Counted from the stretch's first letter, positions 1 to 9,851 are shown. The stretch is 34,174 bases of DNA from a virus (IMGVR_UViG_3300034200_000097:1-34174), one strand, 5' to 3'. Notes: generated by a model from the letters alone, not told the origin. A program made the numbers and translations.

Positions 1-127
1 AGTACCTGCACTTCCGTCCTCACAAAGATCGTAACTTTGTGCCGATTGGCGGCGAGCGGCAGGCCGTTAACCAAGACGCCATTGTGAAACTGATCGGCTG
101 GGCAGGTAACTTGACCTGCTCGGGCGC
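1..127 (+). repeat. Terminal direct repeat, copy 1 (assembly circularisation overlap)
   Basis: AGTACCTGCAC...CTCGGGCGC is identical to 34048-34174. Confidence 0.95.
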
Positions 128-155
128 CCAGTTCCAAGGCGTGTTGATTGATTAA
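1..155 (+). CDS. Major capsid protein, 3' end
   Basis: In-frame continuation YLHFRPHKDRNFVPIGGERQAVNQDAIVKLIGWAGNLTCSGAQFQGVLID with TAA at 153-155. Confidence 0.88.
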   Translation, partial: YLHFRPHKDRNFVPIGGERQAVNQDAIVKLIGWAGNLTCSGAQFQGVLID

Positions 156-167
156 GAGGGCAAAAAA

Positions 168-641
168 ATGTCTATTTCTGTAAGCAATATGATCGGTGTT
201 TCGCTTGAATACACCGACACCTCGCCCTCGTTCGCCGTTGGCACCGTCGTCAACTTGAGTGACGGCGGTCAGGCCATCTATGTGCAGGCGGCTTCAACTT
301 GTGCAACGTGGTCGGCTGTGACCGTCACCGTTGACAACAAGGTGGCTCCGCTCACCACGACCAACTCTGCCAATTCCAAGGCGGTTGGTTTTGCACAGGT
401 GTCCATTGCCTCGGCGTACTACGGCTGGGTGCAGTTGGGCGGCAAGCCGCGTGTCAGCGTGTTGGTCGGCTGCCAGCCGAACGTCCCGCTGTTCACGACC
501 GCAACTCCGGGCGCTCTTGACGACGCCACGGTAACTGCGGGCTTGGTCGCGGGCCTTGTGGCGACGACTTCAGCGGCTTCTGCCTCTGCGGTCACCTGCA
601 TTGCGGGCTACCCCCATGTCCTTACAGGGTTGAACGCTTAA
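168..641 (+). CDS. Capsid decoration/cement protein (putative)
   Basis: Directly follows the capsid gene. 157 aa, Ala/Thr/Val-rich beta protein with a YGWVQxxG motif typical of head decoration proteins. Confidence 0.65.
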   Translation: MSISVSNMIGVSLEYTDTSPSFAVGTVVNLSDGGQAIYVQAASTCATWSAVTVTVDNKVAPLTTTNSANSKAVGFAQVSIASAYYGWVQLGGKPRVSVLVGCQPNVPLFTTATPGALDDATVTAGLVAGLVATTSAASASAVTCIAGYPHVLTGLNA

Positions 642-1417
642 TGCAGCCTCTGGAGATCACGGTTCAAGCGGCGGGTACAGCGGAGGAGCTTTGCTCCAAC
701 ATTCGCTCGGCGCTTGGCCGTGGTCTACCAGAACTGACCCCCACTCCCATTAAGCACGATGGAACATTCGTGTGCGTGGCGAGTGGGTGGTCTATGCCCG
801 ATTTCGTAGAGGAAATCAGAGCGCACCGCAAAGCCGGTCGGCCCATTGTGGCAATCAAGGCAGCGCATGACTTCCTGTGCGAAAACGGCATCCAGCCTGA
901 TATGTGGGTCAACCTTGACCCGCGTGACCGCACTAGCGGCATCCAAAAGGCTAACGACCATACGGTGTATCTCGTTGCCTCACGCTGCCCGCCCGTCACG
1001 TTTGACTACCTAAAGGGCAAAAACGTATGGCTGTGGCACTCATGGGCAGACGGCCCCGAGATGCAGGCGATTGGCCCCGGCAAGTTGGCCGTGGGTGGCG
1101 GGACGACATCGGGACTTCGTGCCATCAACATTGGTTATCTGCTCGGGTTCCGCAACTTCGTGCTGTACGGGTACGACAGTTGCAACCGGGCAGATGGCTT
1201 GAAGCGTTTTACCGGGGAATTCACCGGCCCATCCATTGACGTTCATGTGGGCGGCCCAACCGGCAAGAAGTTTAACTGCAACATGGCGATGGCCCAGCAA
1301 GCCAACGAGTTCCAGAAACTGTTTGAGGTGATGGGCGACATCAACGTGGATGCGCGTGGCCCCGGCTTGATTGCCGAGATCATGCGAGTGCGCCACGAAC
1401 AGGCAAAGGCAGCCTGA
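641..1417 (+). CDS. Maf/DUF115 (MptE-like) family putative glycosyltransferase
   Basis: Motifs VCVASGWS, IQPDMWVNLD and GGTTSGLRAINIGYLLGFRNFVLYGYDS match the Maf/sialyltransferase-like Rossmann pattern (GxGPS...G.+..A+.+A...GF..I.L.G.D). Confidence 0.7.
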   Translation: MQPLEITVQAAGTAEELCSNIRSALGRGLPELTPTPIKHDGTFVCVASGWSMPDFVEEIRAHRKAGRPIVAIKAAHDFLCENGIQPDMWVNLDPRDRTSGIQKANDHTVYLVASRCPPVTFDYLKGKNVWLWHSWADGPEMQAIGPGKLAVGGGTTSGLRAINIGYLLGFRNFVLYGYDSCNRADGLKRFTGEFTGPSIDVHVGGPTGKKFNCNMAMAQQANEFQKLFEVMGDINVDARGPGLIAEIMRVRHEQAKAA

Positions 1418-2244
1418 TGGCTATTCCCTCTCGCGTACTCGGATCGGGCGTGAACGGCCTGTCCACCGTCTCCATTTGCGGCGACGGCAACGCGAGCGTG
1501 AGCGCAGCCGGTACGTCGGCAGGCAATGCCACGGCCATCACATTTGTTTACAACAACGTCACGACGGTAGGCTCTGGCGCAGGCGTTAAACTGCCGCCGA
1601 CCGAAATGGGCGAGACGATCATTGTTAAGAACAGCGGCGCGAACCCGCTGACCGTGTACCCATACGATACGGGTAGCAGCATCAACAACGTCGGGTATGG
1701 CACGATTAACCCTGACTGCTCGGCCATGTTCTATGCCGTGAGCAATACGCTCTGGGAAGAACTGCAAGGCTTTGGGCGAGCGGTGCCGATCCTGCATTAC
1801 GGTGCGTTTAGCGACACGACGTTGCAAACGGCAGCATCTATCAACACCGCCTACGCGATGACGTTTAACACGACGGACGCGGCGAATGGCGTGTCTATCG
1901 GCTCGCCTACCTCTCGGCTTGTGGTGGCTAACCAAGGCGTCTACAACGTGCAGTTTTCCGCACAGTTGGACGAAACCTCTGGCGGCACGGCTAACGTCTA
2001 CATCTGGCTACGCAAAAACGGCACAAATGTCGCCAACACCGCCAGCACGGTTGCTCTGCAAGGCACTTCGGCGCGTACCGTAGCCGCGTGGAACTTCATC
2101 ATTCAACTTGAGCCTACCAACTACGTTGAGTTGATGTGGGCAACCGATACCACAAACGCTAGAATTCTCGCAGCCAGCGCCACAAGCGTATGGCCTGCGA
2201 TCCCCTCGGTCATTTGTACCGTCACACAGGTCAACAACCTGTAA
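1417..2244 (+). CDS. Virion structural protein, probable head fibre with a C-terminal C1q/BclA-like jelly-roll domain
   Basis: Ser/Thr/Gly-rich N-terminus and a C-terminal pattern F..TD...G.....RL.V...GVYNVQFSAQL...VYIWLRKNG; lies in the capsid operon. Confidence 0.55.
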   Translation: MAIPSRVLGSGVNGLSTVSICGDGNASVSAAGTSAGNATAITFVYNNVTTVGSGAGVKLPPTEMGETIIVKNSGANPLTVYPYDTGSSINNVGYGTINPDCSAMFYAVSNTLWEELQGFGRAVPILHYGAFSDTTLQTAASINTAYAMTFNTTDAANGVSIGSPTSRLVVANQGVYNVQFSAQLDETSGGTANVYIWLRKNGTNVANTASTVALQGTSARTVAAWNFIIQLEPTNYVELMWATDTTNARILAASATSVWPAIPSVICTVTQVNNL

Positions 2245-2264
2245 TCCCCACAGGAGCAAGGACA

Positions 2265-2810
2265 ATGCCACTAGATAGCGATGTTTCTAACGCCGACGCA
2301 CAGTTGCACGTTGAGTTTTACGTCAAGGACGATGGCCCCGGCAAAGGCAAGACCTACTGCCGCATCATGGCTCCCGGCGATAAGACCAACATCATTGACC
2401 AGCCCTCACGCGACGAACATAAATCACGGTTCCCGCGCCAATGGCTGTACTTTCAGACGCAACAGAGCGATGGCGTGGCCGCAGAAATTGGCACCCCGCT
2501 GTCGGAGTGGCAAAAGGACGCTCCCGAGGAAATTACACGCGACCAGATTGCAGAACTGGTTATTTTGAAGTTTGTGACGGTAGAGCAGTTGGCTCTGGCG
2601 TCGGACGCGCAACTGCAACGCATCGGCATGGGTGGAGTTGGCCTGCGCGAGCGGGCAAAACTGTACTTGAACCGCAAGAACCGCGCTGAAAGCAGCGCAG
2701 AACTTGAGGACACCAAGCGCCAGTTGGCCGAGTTGCAAGCACAAATGGCGGCCTTGATGGAGGACAAGCCTCGTCGTGGTCGCCCGCCGAAAGAACTAAC
2801 GGAGGCATAG
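2265..2810 (+). CDS. Hypothetical phage protein with coiled coil and C-terminal AT-hook-like motif
   Basis: Likely start ATG 2265 after a GGAG RBS; ends in KPRRGRPPK. Confidence 0.6.
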   Translation: MPLDSDVSNADAQLHVEFYVKDDGPGKGKTYCRIMAPGDKTNIIDQPSRDEHKSRFPRQWLYFQTQQSDGVAAEIGTPLSEWQKDAPEEITRDQIAELVILKFVTVEQLALASDAQLQRIGMGGVGLRERAKLYLNRKNRAESSAELEDTKRQLAELQAQMAALMEDKPRRGRPPKELTEA

Positions 2811-2811
2811 C

Positions 2812-3723
2812 ATGGGCAGCACGATGGTTGAACTCATACAGGAATGTACCGAGGAACTCGGTATTCCTACGCCGTCCACCGTCGCTGGCAATAACAGCCA
2901 AGACGTTGTGCAGTTGCTCGCGTTGATGAACGCTGTTGGGTATGAGCTTCTCCGTCGTGCTGATTGGCGCGAACTGACCCGCCAATACACCTTTTACACC
3001 GAGGCCACCACGGCCACGGGTAACTGGGTCAACGGTGTCGCCGCAATCACCGGGCTTGCCTCTACGGCGGGCTTGGACACGACCTATCAGGTGCAAGGGG
3101 TCGGCATCCCGAACGCCACCTACGTCACCTCTGTCGGCGCTACGTCGGTCACGCTGAACTACCAGACGACCGAAACGGTTGTTGGCGGTCAGGTCATCTT
3201 CCAAAAGGTAAAATACGGCTTGCCGCCTGATTACGTCAGCACGGTCAACCGCACCCATTGGGATAAGAGCAAGCGTTGGGAAATGCTCGGCCCCGAGTCG
3301 CCGCAGCAATGGGAATGGCTGCTCTCGGGCTACATTAGTACCGGCCCGCGTATCCGCTGGCGTCTGCTCGGCAAATACTTCCAGATTTGGCCGGGAATGA
3401 ACGGTGGGGAGTTGCTCGGCTTTGAGTACCGCAGCAAGGCGTGGGCAGAAGCGGCAGACGGCACCCCGCAAAACAGCTTCACCAACGACAACGACACCTG
3501 CATCTACCCAGATCGCTTGATGGTGTTGGGTACGAAGCTCAAGTACTTTGAGGCCAAGGGCTTTGACACGACCGCCCTCTACCGCGATTACCTGATGGAA
3601 TTTGAGACGGCTGTGGCGCAAGACACGGCTGCCGCTAACCTCTCGTTTGCCCCGCGACCGGGTACGGTGTTGATCGGTTACGACAACATCCCCGATAGCG
3701 GCTATGGCACGGGCAACAACTAA
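2812..3723 (+). CDS. Head-tail adaptor (tail tubular protein A-like)
   Basis: Helical N-terminus (ELIQECTEELG...LMNAVGYELLRRADW) and a YGLPPDY motif; lies just before the nozzle gene. Confidence 0.7.
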   Translation: MGSTMVELIQECTEELGIPTPSTVAGNNSQDVVQLLALMNAVGYELLRRADWRELTRQYTFYTEATTATGNWVNGVAAITGLASTAGLDTTYQVQGVGIPNATYVTSVGATSVTLNYQTTETVVGGQVIFQKVKYGLPPDYVSTVNRTHWDKSKRWEMLGPESPQQWEWLLSGYISTGPRIRWRLLGKYFQIWPGMNGGELLGFEYRSKAWAEAADGTPQNSFTNDNDTCIYPDRLMVLGTKLKYFEAKGFDTTALYRDYLMEFETAVAQDTAAANLSFAPRPGTVLIGYDNIPDSGYGTGNN

Positions 3724-5300
3724 TGGCATCGCCCGTCCGTAGACGGCTAATCCAGCGCACGACGAACAACGTCGCATCCTTGCCTGCCCCCGTGGGCGGG
3801 TGGAACGCCCGTGACTCGCTCGCCAACATGGCTCCGACCGATGCCGTTACGCTGAACAACCTGTTCCCGGGTGTGTCTAGCGTCACGCTGCGCGGCGGGT
3901 ACGTTAAACACGCCACCGGCATGACAGGGCAGATTGAAAGCCTGCTCGTCTACAACGCCGCTGCGGTTGACAAGATGTTTGCTGCGGTAGGCGGCAACAT
4001 TTACGAAGTCACGACAGCGGGAGCGGTAGGCGCGGCCAAAGTCACAGGCCTGTCTAACAGCCGCTGGGAATACACCAACATCACAACGTCAGGCGGCGGG
4101 TATTTGTACGCTGCCAACGGCGCGGATAAGCCGCTGCTGTTTGACGGCACGACATGGACGCCGATTGACGGCGCATCCACGCCCGCCATCACAGGCGTAA
4201 CCACAACGACTTTGATGCAGCCGACGCTGTTCAAGAATCGGATGTGGTTTATTCAGAAGGACACGCTCAAGGCTTGGTATCTGCCGACAGCCTCTGTGGG
4301 TGGCGCAGCGCAGGTGCTTGACCTGTCATCAGTCGCGCACTTGGGCGGTACGCTTATTGCGATGGCGTCGTGGACGATTGACGCAGGCTACGGCGTTGAC
4401 GACAACCTTGTTTTCATCACCGACCAAGGCGAAGTCATCGTATATCGCGGCACCGATCCCTCTAGCGCCTCCACATGGGCGCTGATCGGCGTGTGGATCG
4501 TCGGTGCGCCAATTTCCCGTCGTTGTTTGCAGAAATACGGCGGCGATTTGCTGATTTTGACGCTAGATGGCTTGATTCCGTTTGCCTCTGCGTTGCAATC
4601 GTCGCGCCTAGACCCGCAGGTATCGCTGTCAGACAAGATTCAGGGCGCGTTTGCAGCGGCTGCAAGGGCATACAAAAACAGTTTTGGCTGGGCATTGCTT
4701 TATAACCCGCTCAACAACGCCTTGATTGTGAACATTCCAACAGGCACAAGCGGCCAAGAGCAGTTTGTGATGAACAACATCACCAAAGCGTGGTGCAAGT
4801 TCACGGGTTGGAACGCCAACTGTTTTGCGTTGCTCAACGATAAACCGTATTTCGGCGGTGATGGCTACGTTGCCGAGTGTTGGACAACGGCAAGCGGCTC
4901 TGGCGGGTATAACGACGACGGTATCGCCATCAGTACGCAGGCGCTACAAGCGTTTAACTACTTTGAGACGCGAGGCGTCATCAAGTATTTCACCCGTGGC
5001 CGCCCGACCATCTATAGCAACGGTCAGCCGACCATCAACATCGGCATGAACGTAGACTTTCAAACCAACGCCGACCTTGGTGCGCTGTCCTTCGTGGCAA
5101 CGCAGTACGGTCTATGGGACGTTGGCCTATGGAATCAGGCGGTGTGGGGTGCTGACCTCATCATCACGAACAACTTTGTAGGTATCCAAGGCATCGGTTA
5201 TTGCGGTGGGTTGGTTTTCAACAGCACCAGCAAAAACGTCTCCTTGGAATGGGCATCAACGGACGTTGTGTATCAACTCGGATGGGCTGGCGCATCGTAA
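3723..5300 (+). CDS. Tail nozzle / packaged-DNA stabilisation protein (P22 gp10 / tubular B-like beta-propeller)
   Basis: 525 aa, aromatic-rich beta protein beginning LPAPVGGWNARD; syntenic position in a podovirus tail module. Confidence 0.7.
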   Translation: MASPVRRRLIQRTTNNVASLPAPVGGWNARDSLANMAPTDAVTLNNLFPGVSSVTLRGGYVKHATGMTGQIESLLVYNAAAVDKMFAAVGGNIYEVTTAGAVGAAKVTGLSNSRWEYTNITTSGGGYLYAANGADKPLLFDGTTWTPIDGASTPAITGVTTTTLMQPTLFKNRMWFIQKDTLKAWYLPTASVGGAAQVLDLSSVAHLGGTLIAMASWTIDAGYGVDDNLVFITDQGEVIVYRGTDPSSASTWALIGVWIVGAPISRRCLQKYGGDLLILTLDGLIPFASALQSSRLDPQVSLSDKIQGAFAAAARAYKNSFGWALLYNPLNNALIVNIPTGTSGQEQFVMNNITKAWCKFTGWNANCFALLNDKPYFGGDGYVAECWTTASGSGGYNDDGIAISTQALQAFNYFETRGVIKYFTRGRPTIYSNGQPTINIGMNVDFQTNADLGALSFVATQYGLWDVGLWNQAVWGADLIITNNFVGIQGIGYCGGLVFNSTSKNVSLEWASTDVVYQLGWAGAS

Positions 5301-5722
5301 ACGGCCCCCATGTGGGCCATTGGGTCATGTCGCGCACGGACGGCGGCTATAACGCTGACCGTTCTGTTGCCATTGGCCTAGAAAAAGACGGTGAGTTGGT
5401 CGCCGGTACGGTTTATGAGATGTGGAACGGCAGATCGGTCGTTTGTCACATCACTTGGGATCAAGTCACACCGGCATACCTAGCCGCTGTGTACGATTAT
5501 CCCTATAACGTCTGTAATGTTGATAAGATAATAGGGCCGATTTCCAGCAACCATACCCGGGCGCTGAAACTGGTCACGAAAATGGGGTTTTCGGAGGAAG
5601 CGCGTATCAAAGACGGCGCACCTGACGGAGACATTGTTTTTATGACGCAGACACCTGACAAGTGTCGTTTCTTGGAGCCGAGGTATGGGCAAAAAATCAC
5701 CAGCGCCGCCGCCAGCACCTGA
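5282..5722 (+). CDS. GNAT-fold acetyltransferase-like virion assembly protein
   Basis: Likely start ATG 5282. GNAT motif ISSNHTRALKLVTKMGFSEEA; lies between nozzle and ejection genes, the position of P22 gp14 and T7 gp13. Confidence 0.7.
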   Translation: MGWRIVNGPHVGHWVMSRTDGGYNADRSVAIGLEKDGELVAGTVYEMWNGRSVVCHITWDQVTPAYLAAVYDYPYNVCNVDKIIGPISSNHTRALKLVTKMGFSEEARIKDGAPDGDIVFMTQTPDKCRFLEPRYGQKITSAAAST

Positions 5723-8105
5723 TTACACCACTCTTGCCATCAAGCAGGGTGAGGCCAACTTGGCAGCCGCCAAGCAATCGGCCTATATGTCCAATCCCAA
5801 CATCTACGGCCCCACCGGGTCGCAGACGGTTACTTGGCAAAAGACGCCCACGATTGACACCGACGCCTACAACAAGGCGATGGAGGCGTGGCAGCAACGT
5901 CTTTACAGCAATCCCGAGTTTGCAGGCGAAGCGCCGACGCAAGAACAGTTCACGACCTACATTGAGCAGCCGACTGTTCGCCAAACCATCAACCCCGAGG
6001 CTGAAGCCGCACTCCGCGCTCAAGAATTAGCGCAACGGCGTATGTCAGAGGCCGCTGCTGGCGCAGCTGCGGGGCTTGGCAACCTTGGCATCGCATCAGC
6101 GTTTGACGCCCGCAATTTGCCAAGTGTCAGTTATGACACCGGCTACGCTGGCGCAATCCAAGGCGCACCGCAAAACTTTTACACCCCAATCGCCGGTTAC
6201 GCGCAAGAGGCGCTGCCGGGGCAGGTAACAGCAGGCCAGCAAGCGCAAGCAAACGTGGCTGTGCAAGGCGCGCAGTTACCCGCACAGGCGGAGATGTATG
6301 GCCGAGCAGGCGGCGGCCCTGCCGCGCCGACTAATCTTGGCTCGCTAGACGCAAGCCAGTTCTATTCACAAAGCGCCCCCGGCGGCCAAGCGTTTGGAAC
6401 CGCACAAGGCGGCCCCGCTGGCGGTCTTTTCGGTTTGGCGCAGGCTGGCCCGCAAGGATTAAACCTGCAAGGGCTTGACTTGTCCGGCATCGGCGGCGTG
6501 GCCGGTGGCCCGCAACAAGGCCAGTTTGGCTACGCGCAGCAGTTTGTCCAAGGCCCGCAGTTACAGCGCGAAATTGACATCGCTAACTTGCCGCAAGGCC
6601 CGGTCAACGCTGGTATGACGGCGCAGACGGCATTGCTGTCGCGTTTATCTCCGCAGTTGCAGGGTGAGCGTCAGCAACTCCAGACGCAACTGATCAACCA
6701 AGGATTGCGACCGGGTGGCGAGGCGTACAACTCGGCCATGTCGGCGCAGATGCAGAAGGAAAACGACCTTTTGTTGCAAGCCGCCGCGCAGGGCATCAGC
6801 CTTGACCAAGCAGCTCGCCAGCAGGCGTTTAGTGAGCAGCAATCCCGCGCTATGTTCGCCAACCAAGCCGCCCTCTCGGGTTTTGGTGCGGGCATGGAGC
6901 AGGCCGGTTTATACAACACCGGGTTGGGGCAAAACCTCCAGCAATCGCTGGCGACGCAAGCCGCGCAGAACCAAGCGCAACAGCAAGCGTTTCAACAACG
7001 TCTGCAAGCGGGTGAGTTTGGCCGTGAGGCGCAACTGGCATCGTTTGGAAGTCAGCAATCTGCCGCAGATGCGTATAACCGCGCTGTCGCGCAGAACTTT
7101 GGGCAAGCCCAAGCCGCACAGCAAATGCAAAATCAGGCCATCGGCCAGAATTTTGAGCAGGCTTTGGCGGCGCAACAAGCGCAAAACGCAGCCATCGCGC
7201 AAAACTACCAGCAAGCCCTCGGTGCGGGTCAGTTCAACCGCGAGGCATTGTTGCAGCAGTTTGGCATGGGGCAACAAGCGCAAGAACTGCAAAACGCGGC
7301 GATTTCGCAAAACTACGAGCGTCAACTGGCAGCCAATCAGGCGGCCAATCAGGCTTTGCAGCAGATTTTTGGGCAAAGCGTCACGCAACAACAACTGCAA
7401 AACCAAGCCGCCGCGCAAAACTTCCAACAGCAGGTGGCCGCACAGCAAGCCAACCTTGCTCGTCAGGCGCAGCAAGTTGGTCAGGCGCAGGGAGCCGCAG
7501 GGTTCTACAACGAGGCGCAGTCGCAAGCGATGCAACAAGAGTTGGCGCGTCAGGCTGCCGCCAATGCCGCCCAACAACAGCAGTTCCAACAAAACATCGC
7601 GCAACAACAGTTCCGCAACACGGCGATACAGCAAGCACTTGCCCAGCAGGCCGCAATTCGCAGCATCCCGGTCAACGAGATCAGCGCATTGTTGTCAGGC
7701 GGTCAGGTCAACGTGCCGCAATTCCAAGGCTACAGCGGCGTCACCGTCGCACCTGCGCCTATTTTCCAAGCGGGTCAGGCGGCGGGCGATTTCGCACAAC
7801 GCAACTATCAAAACCAAGTTGGCTCGTATAACGCAGGCATGGGGTTACTTGGCAGCCTTGCGGGAGCCGCTGGAACGGCTGTCAGCGGCCCGCTCGGCGT
7901 AGCGGGATTGTTTACGTCAGACCGCCGTTTGAAGTCCAACATCGTGCGCGTCGGCACTCACCCGCTCGGCATTGGCGTATACGAGTACGACATCAACGGC
8001 GAGCGTCAGCGCGGCGTAATGGCAGATGAGGTTGAGACGGTGCTACCGGAGGCGGTTGTAACCCGTTCCGATGGCTACAAGATGGTCAACTACGGGTTAC
8101 TTTGA
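5685..8105 (+). CDS. Gln-rich DNA ejection/pilot-type protein with a C-terminal peptidase S74 chaperone domain
   Basis: MGKKSPAPPPAPDY N-terminus, long Q/A helical repeats, a Gly-rich hydrophobic segment, then SDRRLKSNI...GVMADEV...P.AV...GYKMVNY. Confidence 0.7.
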   Translation: MGKKSPAPPPAPDYTTLAIKQGEANLAAAKQSAYMSNPNIYGPTGSQTVTWQKTPTIDTDAYNKAMEAWQQRLYSNPEFAGEAPTQEQFTTYIEQPTVRQTINPEAEAALRAQELAQRRMSEAAAGAAAGLGNLGIASAFDARNLPSVSYDTGYAGAIQGAPQNFYTPIAGYAQEALPGQVTAGQQAQANVAVQGAQLPAQAEMYGRAGGGPAAPTNLGSLDASQFYSQSAPGGQAFGTAQGGPAGGLFGLAQAGPQGLNLQGLDLSGIGGVAGGPQQGQFGYAQQFVQGPQLQREIDIANLPQGPVNAGMTAQTALLSRLSPQLQGERQQLQTQLINQGLRPGGEAYNSAMSAQMQKENDLLLQAAAQGISLDQAARQQAFSEQQSRAMFANQAALSGFGAGMEQAGLYNTGLGQNLQQSLATQAAQNQAQQQAFQQRLQAGEFGREAQLASFGSQQSAADAYNRAVAQNFGQAQAAQQMQNQAIGQNFEQALAAQQAQNAAIAQNYQQALGAGQFNREALLQQFGMGQQAQELQNAAISQNYERQLAANQAANQALQQIFGQSVTQQQLQNQAAAQNFQQQVAAQQANLARQAQQVGQAQGAAGFYNEAQSQAMQQELARQAAANAAQQQQFQQNIAQQQFRNTAIQQALAQQAAIRSIPVNEISALLSGGQVNVPQFQGYSGVTVAPAPIFQAGQAAGDFAQRNYQNQVGSYNAGMGLLGSLAGAAGTAVSGPLGVAGLFTSDRRLKSNIVRVGTHPLGIGVYEYDINGERQRGVMADEVETVLPEAVVTRSDGYKMVNYGLL

Positions 8106-8115
8106 GGGCTAACGC

Positions 8116-8493
8116 ATGAACGGATTTACACCAGACCGCCGACCGCAGCAGTTGGCCCAGATGATGGCGATGCAGGAGCGCAACCGTTCCTTGTCAGCCC
8201 CGCCGGGTCAGCGCGACATGGCAATGCGTCAGGTTCCCGGCCTTGCTTACGGACAACCGACGGCTAACGCCGCTCCCGGTGTGCCGCCGCAAAACATGAC
8301 CTTTAACGGCCCGCAAACGTCACCGCAACCCGGCATCACCGGCAATCGCGGCATGATGGGCGGTATGGGTCGCCCGCAGGGTATGTCGCCGCAGATCGGT
8401 GGACGCCCGATGCGCCCGCGTATGCCTGCTTCTCCCGGCATGACGACGCCGCAGGGAGGAGCCTACAGAGGGGACTTTGAAAATGCCGGTTAA
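8116..8493 (+). CDS. Low-complexity Pro/Gly/Met/Gln-rich protein in the ejection module
   Basis: GAGG RBS; fills the gap between two ejection genes. Confidence 0.6.
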   Translation: MNGFTPDRRPQQLAQMMAMQERNRSLSAPPGQRDMAMRQVPGLAYGQPTANAAPGVPPQNMTFNGPQTSPQPGITGNRGMMGGMGRPQGMSPQIGGRPMRPRMPASPGMTTPQGGAYRGDFENAG

Positions 8494-9847
8494 GTACACG
8501 CAAACCTTCCGCGCACCGACTGAATACGAACGTCAGTTAGAGGAAGCCCGTCGCCGTGCGATGTTGGCCGAAGCCCTCGCGCAGCAGCAGTACGAACCGA
8601 TGGAAGGCAATGCAGCGCCGATCCCGAAGGCCGCGCCGCTTGTAAAAGCATTGCAGAGTTTTATGACCGCCCGTGCGGGTCGGCAGGCAGAAGAAGCCAA
8701 GGCCGCCGCAGAGAAGGCAGGTCGCACAGAATTTGCTGATTACATCCGTTCGTTTGAACCCGAGCAGCGTAACGTCAGCATGGCCGAGTTGGCCGCGATG
8801 GAAGCGCCGATGCCGATGATCAACACGGAGCCGGGCGGTGGCCCTGCCGTGCCGTATGGTCAGCCGGGGTTCCGCAGCACCGAATACGCACAGCCGAGCG
8901 CCATTGCAGCGCCTAATCAGCTTTTAACGCCCGCGATGGGGGCAGATGGTCAGCCTGACTTTAGCCAGCCAATGCAGATGCAGGTTGGCGGCCCGCTAAC
9001 GGCAGCGCAAAAACGTGCGCGAGCGTTAGAAGGCTTGGAAAGCGGCAATCCGATGGTGCAGCAGTTCGCCATGTCGCAGTACGAGGCAACGATGCCCAAG
9101 ACGGCCAACCTCAAGATTGGCGACATTGACCCCAGCAAATTCACGCCTGCAAGCGTGGCTGATGCAACTCGCACGGGAGACATCAGCAAGTTGGTTGCAA
9201 TTGAAAAGCCTGCCGAGTCTATGGCTGGCAAACCGTCACCTGCTGATTTCACGCCTGCCAGCATGGCGAAATTCGCAAAAACCGGCAATTACGCTGATTT
9301 GGTGCCTTTGGTTAAAGGCCCAACAACGCAAATTATTACGCCGCGCGACAAACAAAAAGATGAAGGCCAATTGCGCGATCAATTGCAATCGCGGCTTAAA
9401 GACATGGATTGGTCAGGCATACAAAAAGCTTATCAGCGCATCTTTACGGCACCGGAAACGGCGGTTGGTGACGTTGCAATTGTTTATGCTGTTGCAAAGG
9501 GTGACGATCCAACTGGCGCTGTTCGTTCAGAAGATTTTGACCTTCGTGCTAAAGAGGGCAGCCTTGGTGGTCGCATAAAATCGCTATATGAAGAAGCTGC
9601 AAGCGGAAGAATGTTGCCAGAACGCCGTCAGCAACTAATTGATGCGGCTTACGATTTGTATAAGGCGCGAGAGGCAGACGTCAACGCCCTTATTGGTCAA
9701 TACGGTAACATTGCTCAAAGAAGCGATTTGAACGTGGAAAACGTTATAGAGCCGTTTAAATCTAAATCAATGGAACGTCGGGTCGTTTGGAGTAAGGAAA
9801 AGCAAGACGAATTAGATAGGCTGAAGCGTAAACGGGATGGAGGTTAA
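8483..9847 (+). CDS. Internal virion / ejection protein 2 (putative)
   Basis: Helical, Ala/Gln-rich ORF at a syntenic position; the start is 8477 or 8483. Confidence 0.6.
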   Translation: MPVKYTQTFRAPTEYERQLEEARRRAMLAEALAQQQYEPMEGNAAPIPKAAPLVKALQSFMTARAGRQAEEAKAAAEKAGRTEFADYIRSFEPEQRNVSMAELAAMEAPMPMINTEPGGGPAVPYGQPGFRSTEYAQPSAIAAPNQLLTPAMGADGQPDFSQPMQMQVGGPLTAAQKRARALEGLESGNPMVQQFAMSQYEATMPKTANLKIGDIDPSKFTPASVADATRTGDISKLVAIEKPAESMAGKPSPADFTPASMAKFAKTGNYADLVPLVKGPTTQIITPRDKQKDEGQLRDQLQSRLKDMDWSGIQKAYQRIFTAPETAVGDVAIVYAVAKGDDPTGAVRSEDFDLRAKEGSLGGRIKSLYEEAASGRMLPERRQQLIDAAYDLYKAREADVNALIGQYGNIAQRSDLNVENVIEPFKSKSMERRVVWSKEKQDELDRLKRKRDGG

Positions 9848-9851
9848 AAAA

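Noticed and set aside
2560-3777. 405 aa minus-strand ORF
   Set aside because: Antisense shadow of the adaptor gene in GC-rich DNA, with no recognisable motif.
6715-7902. 395 aa alternative-frame ORF and nested antisense ORFs
   Set aside because: By-product of Gln/Ala codon bias in the 5685-8105 gene.
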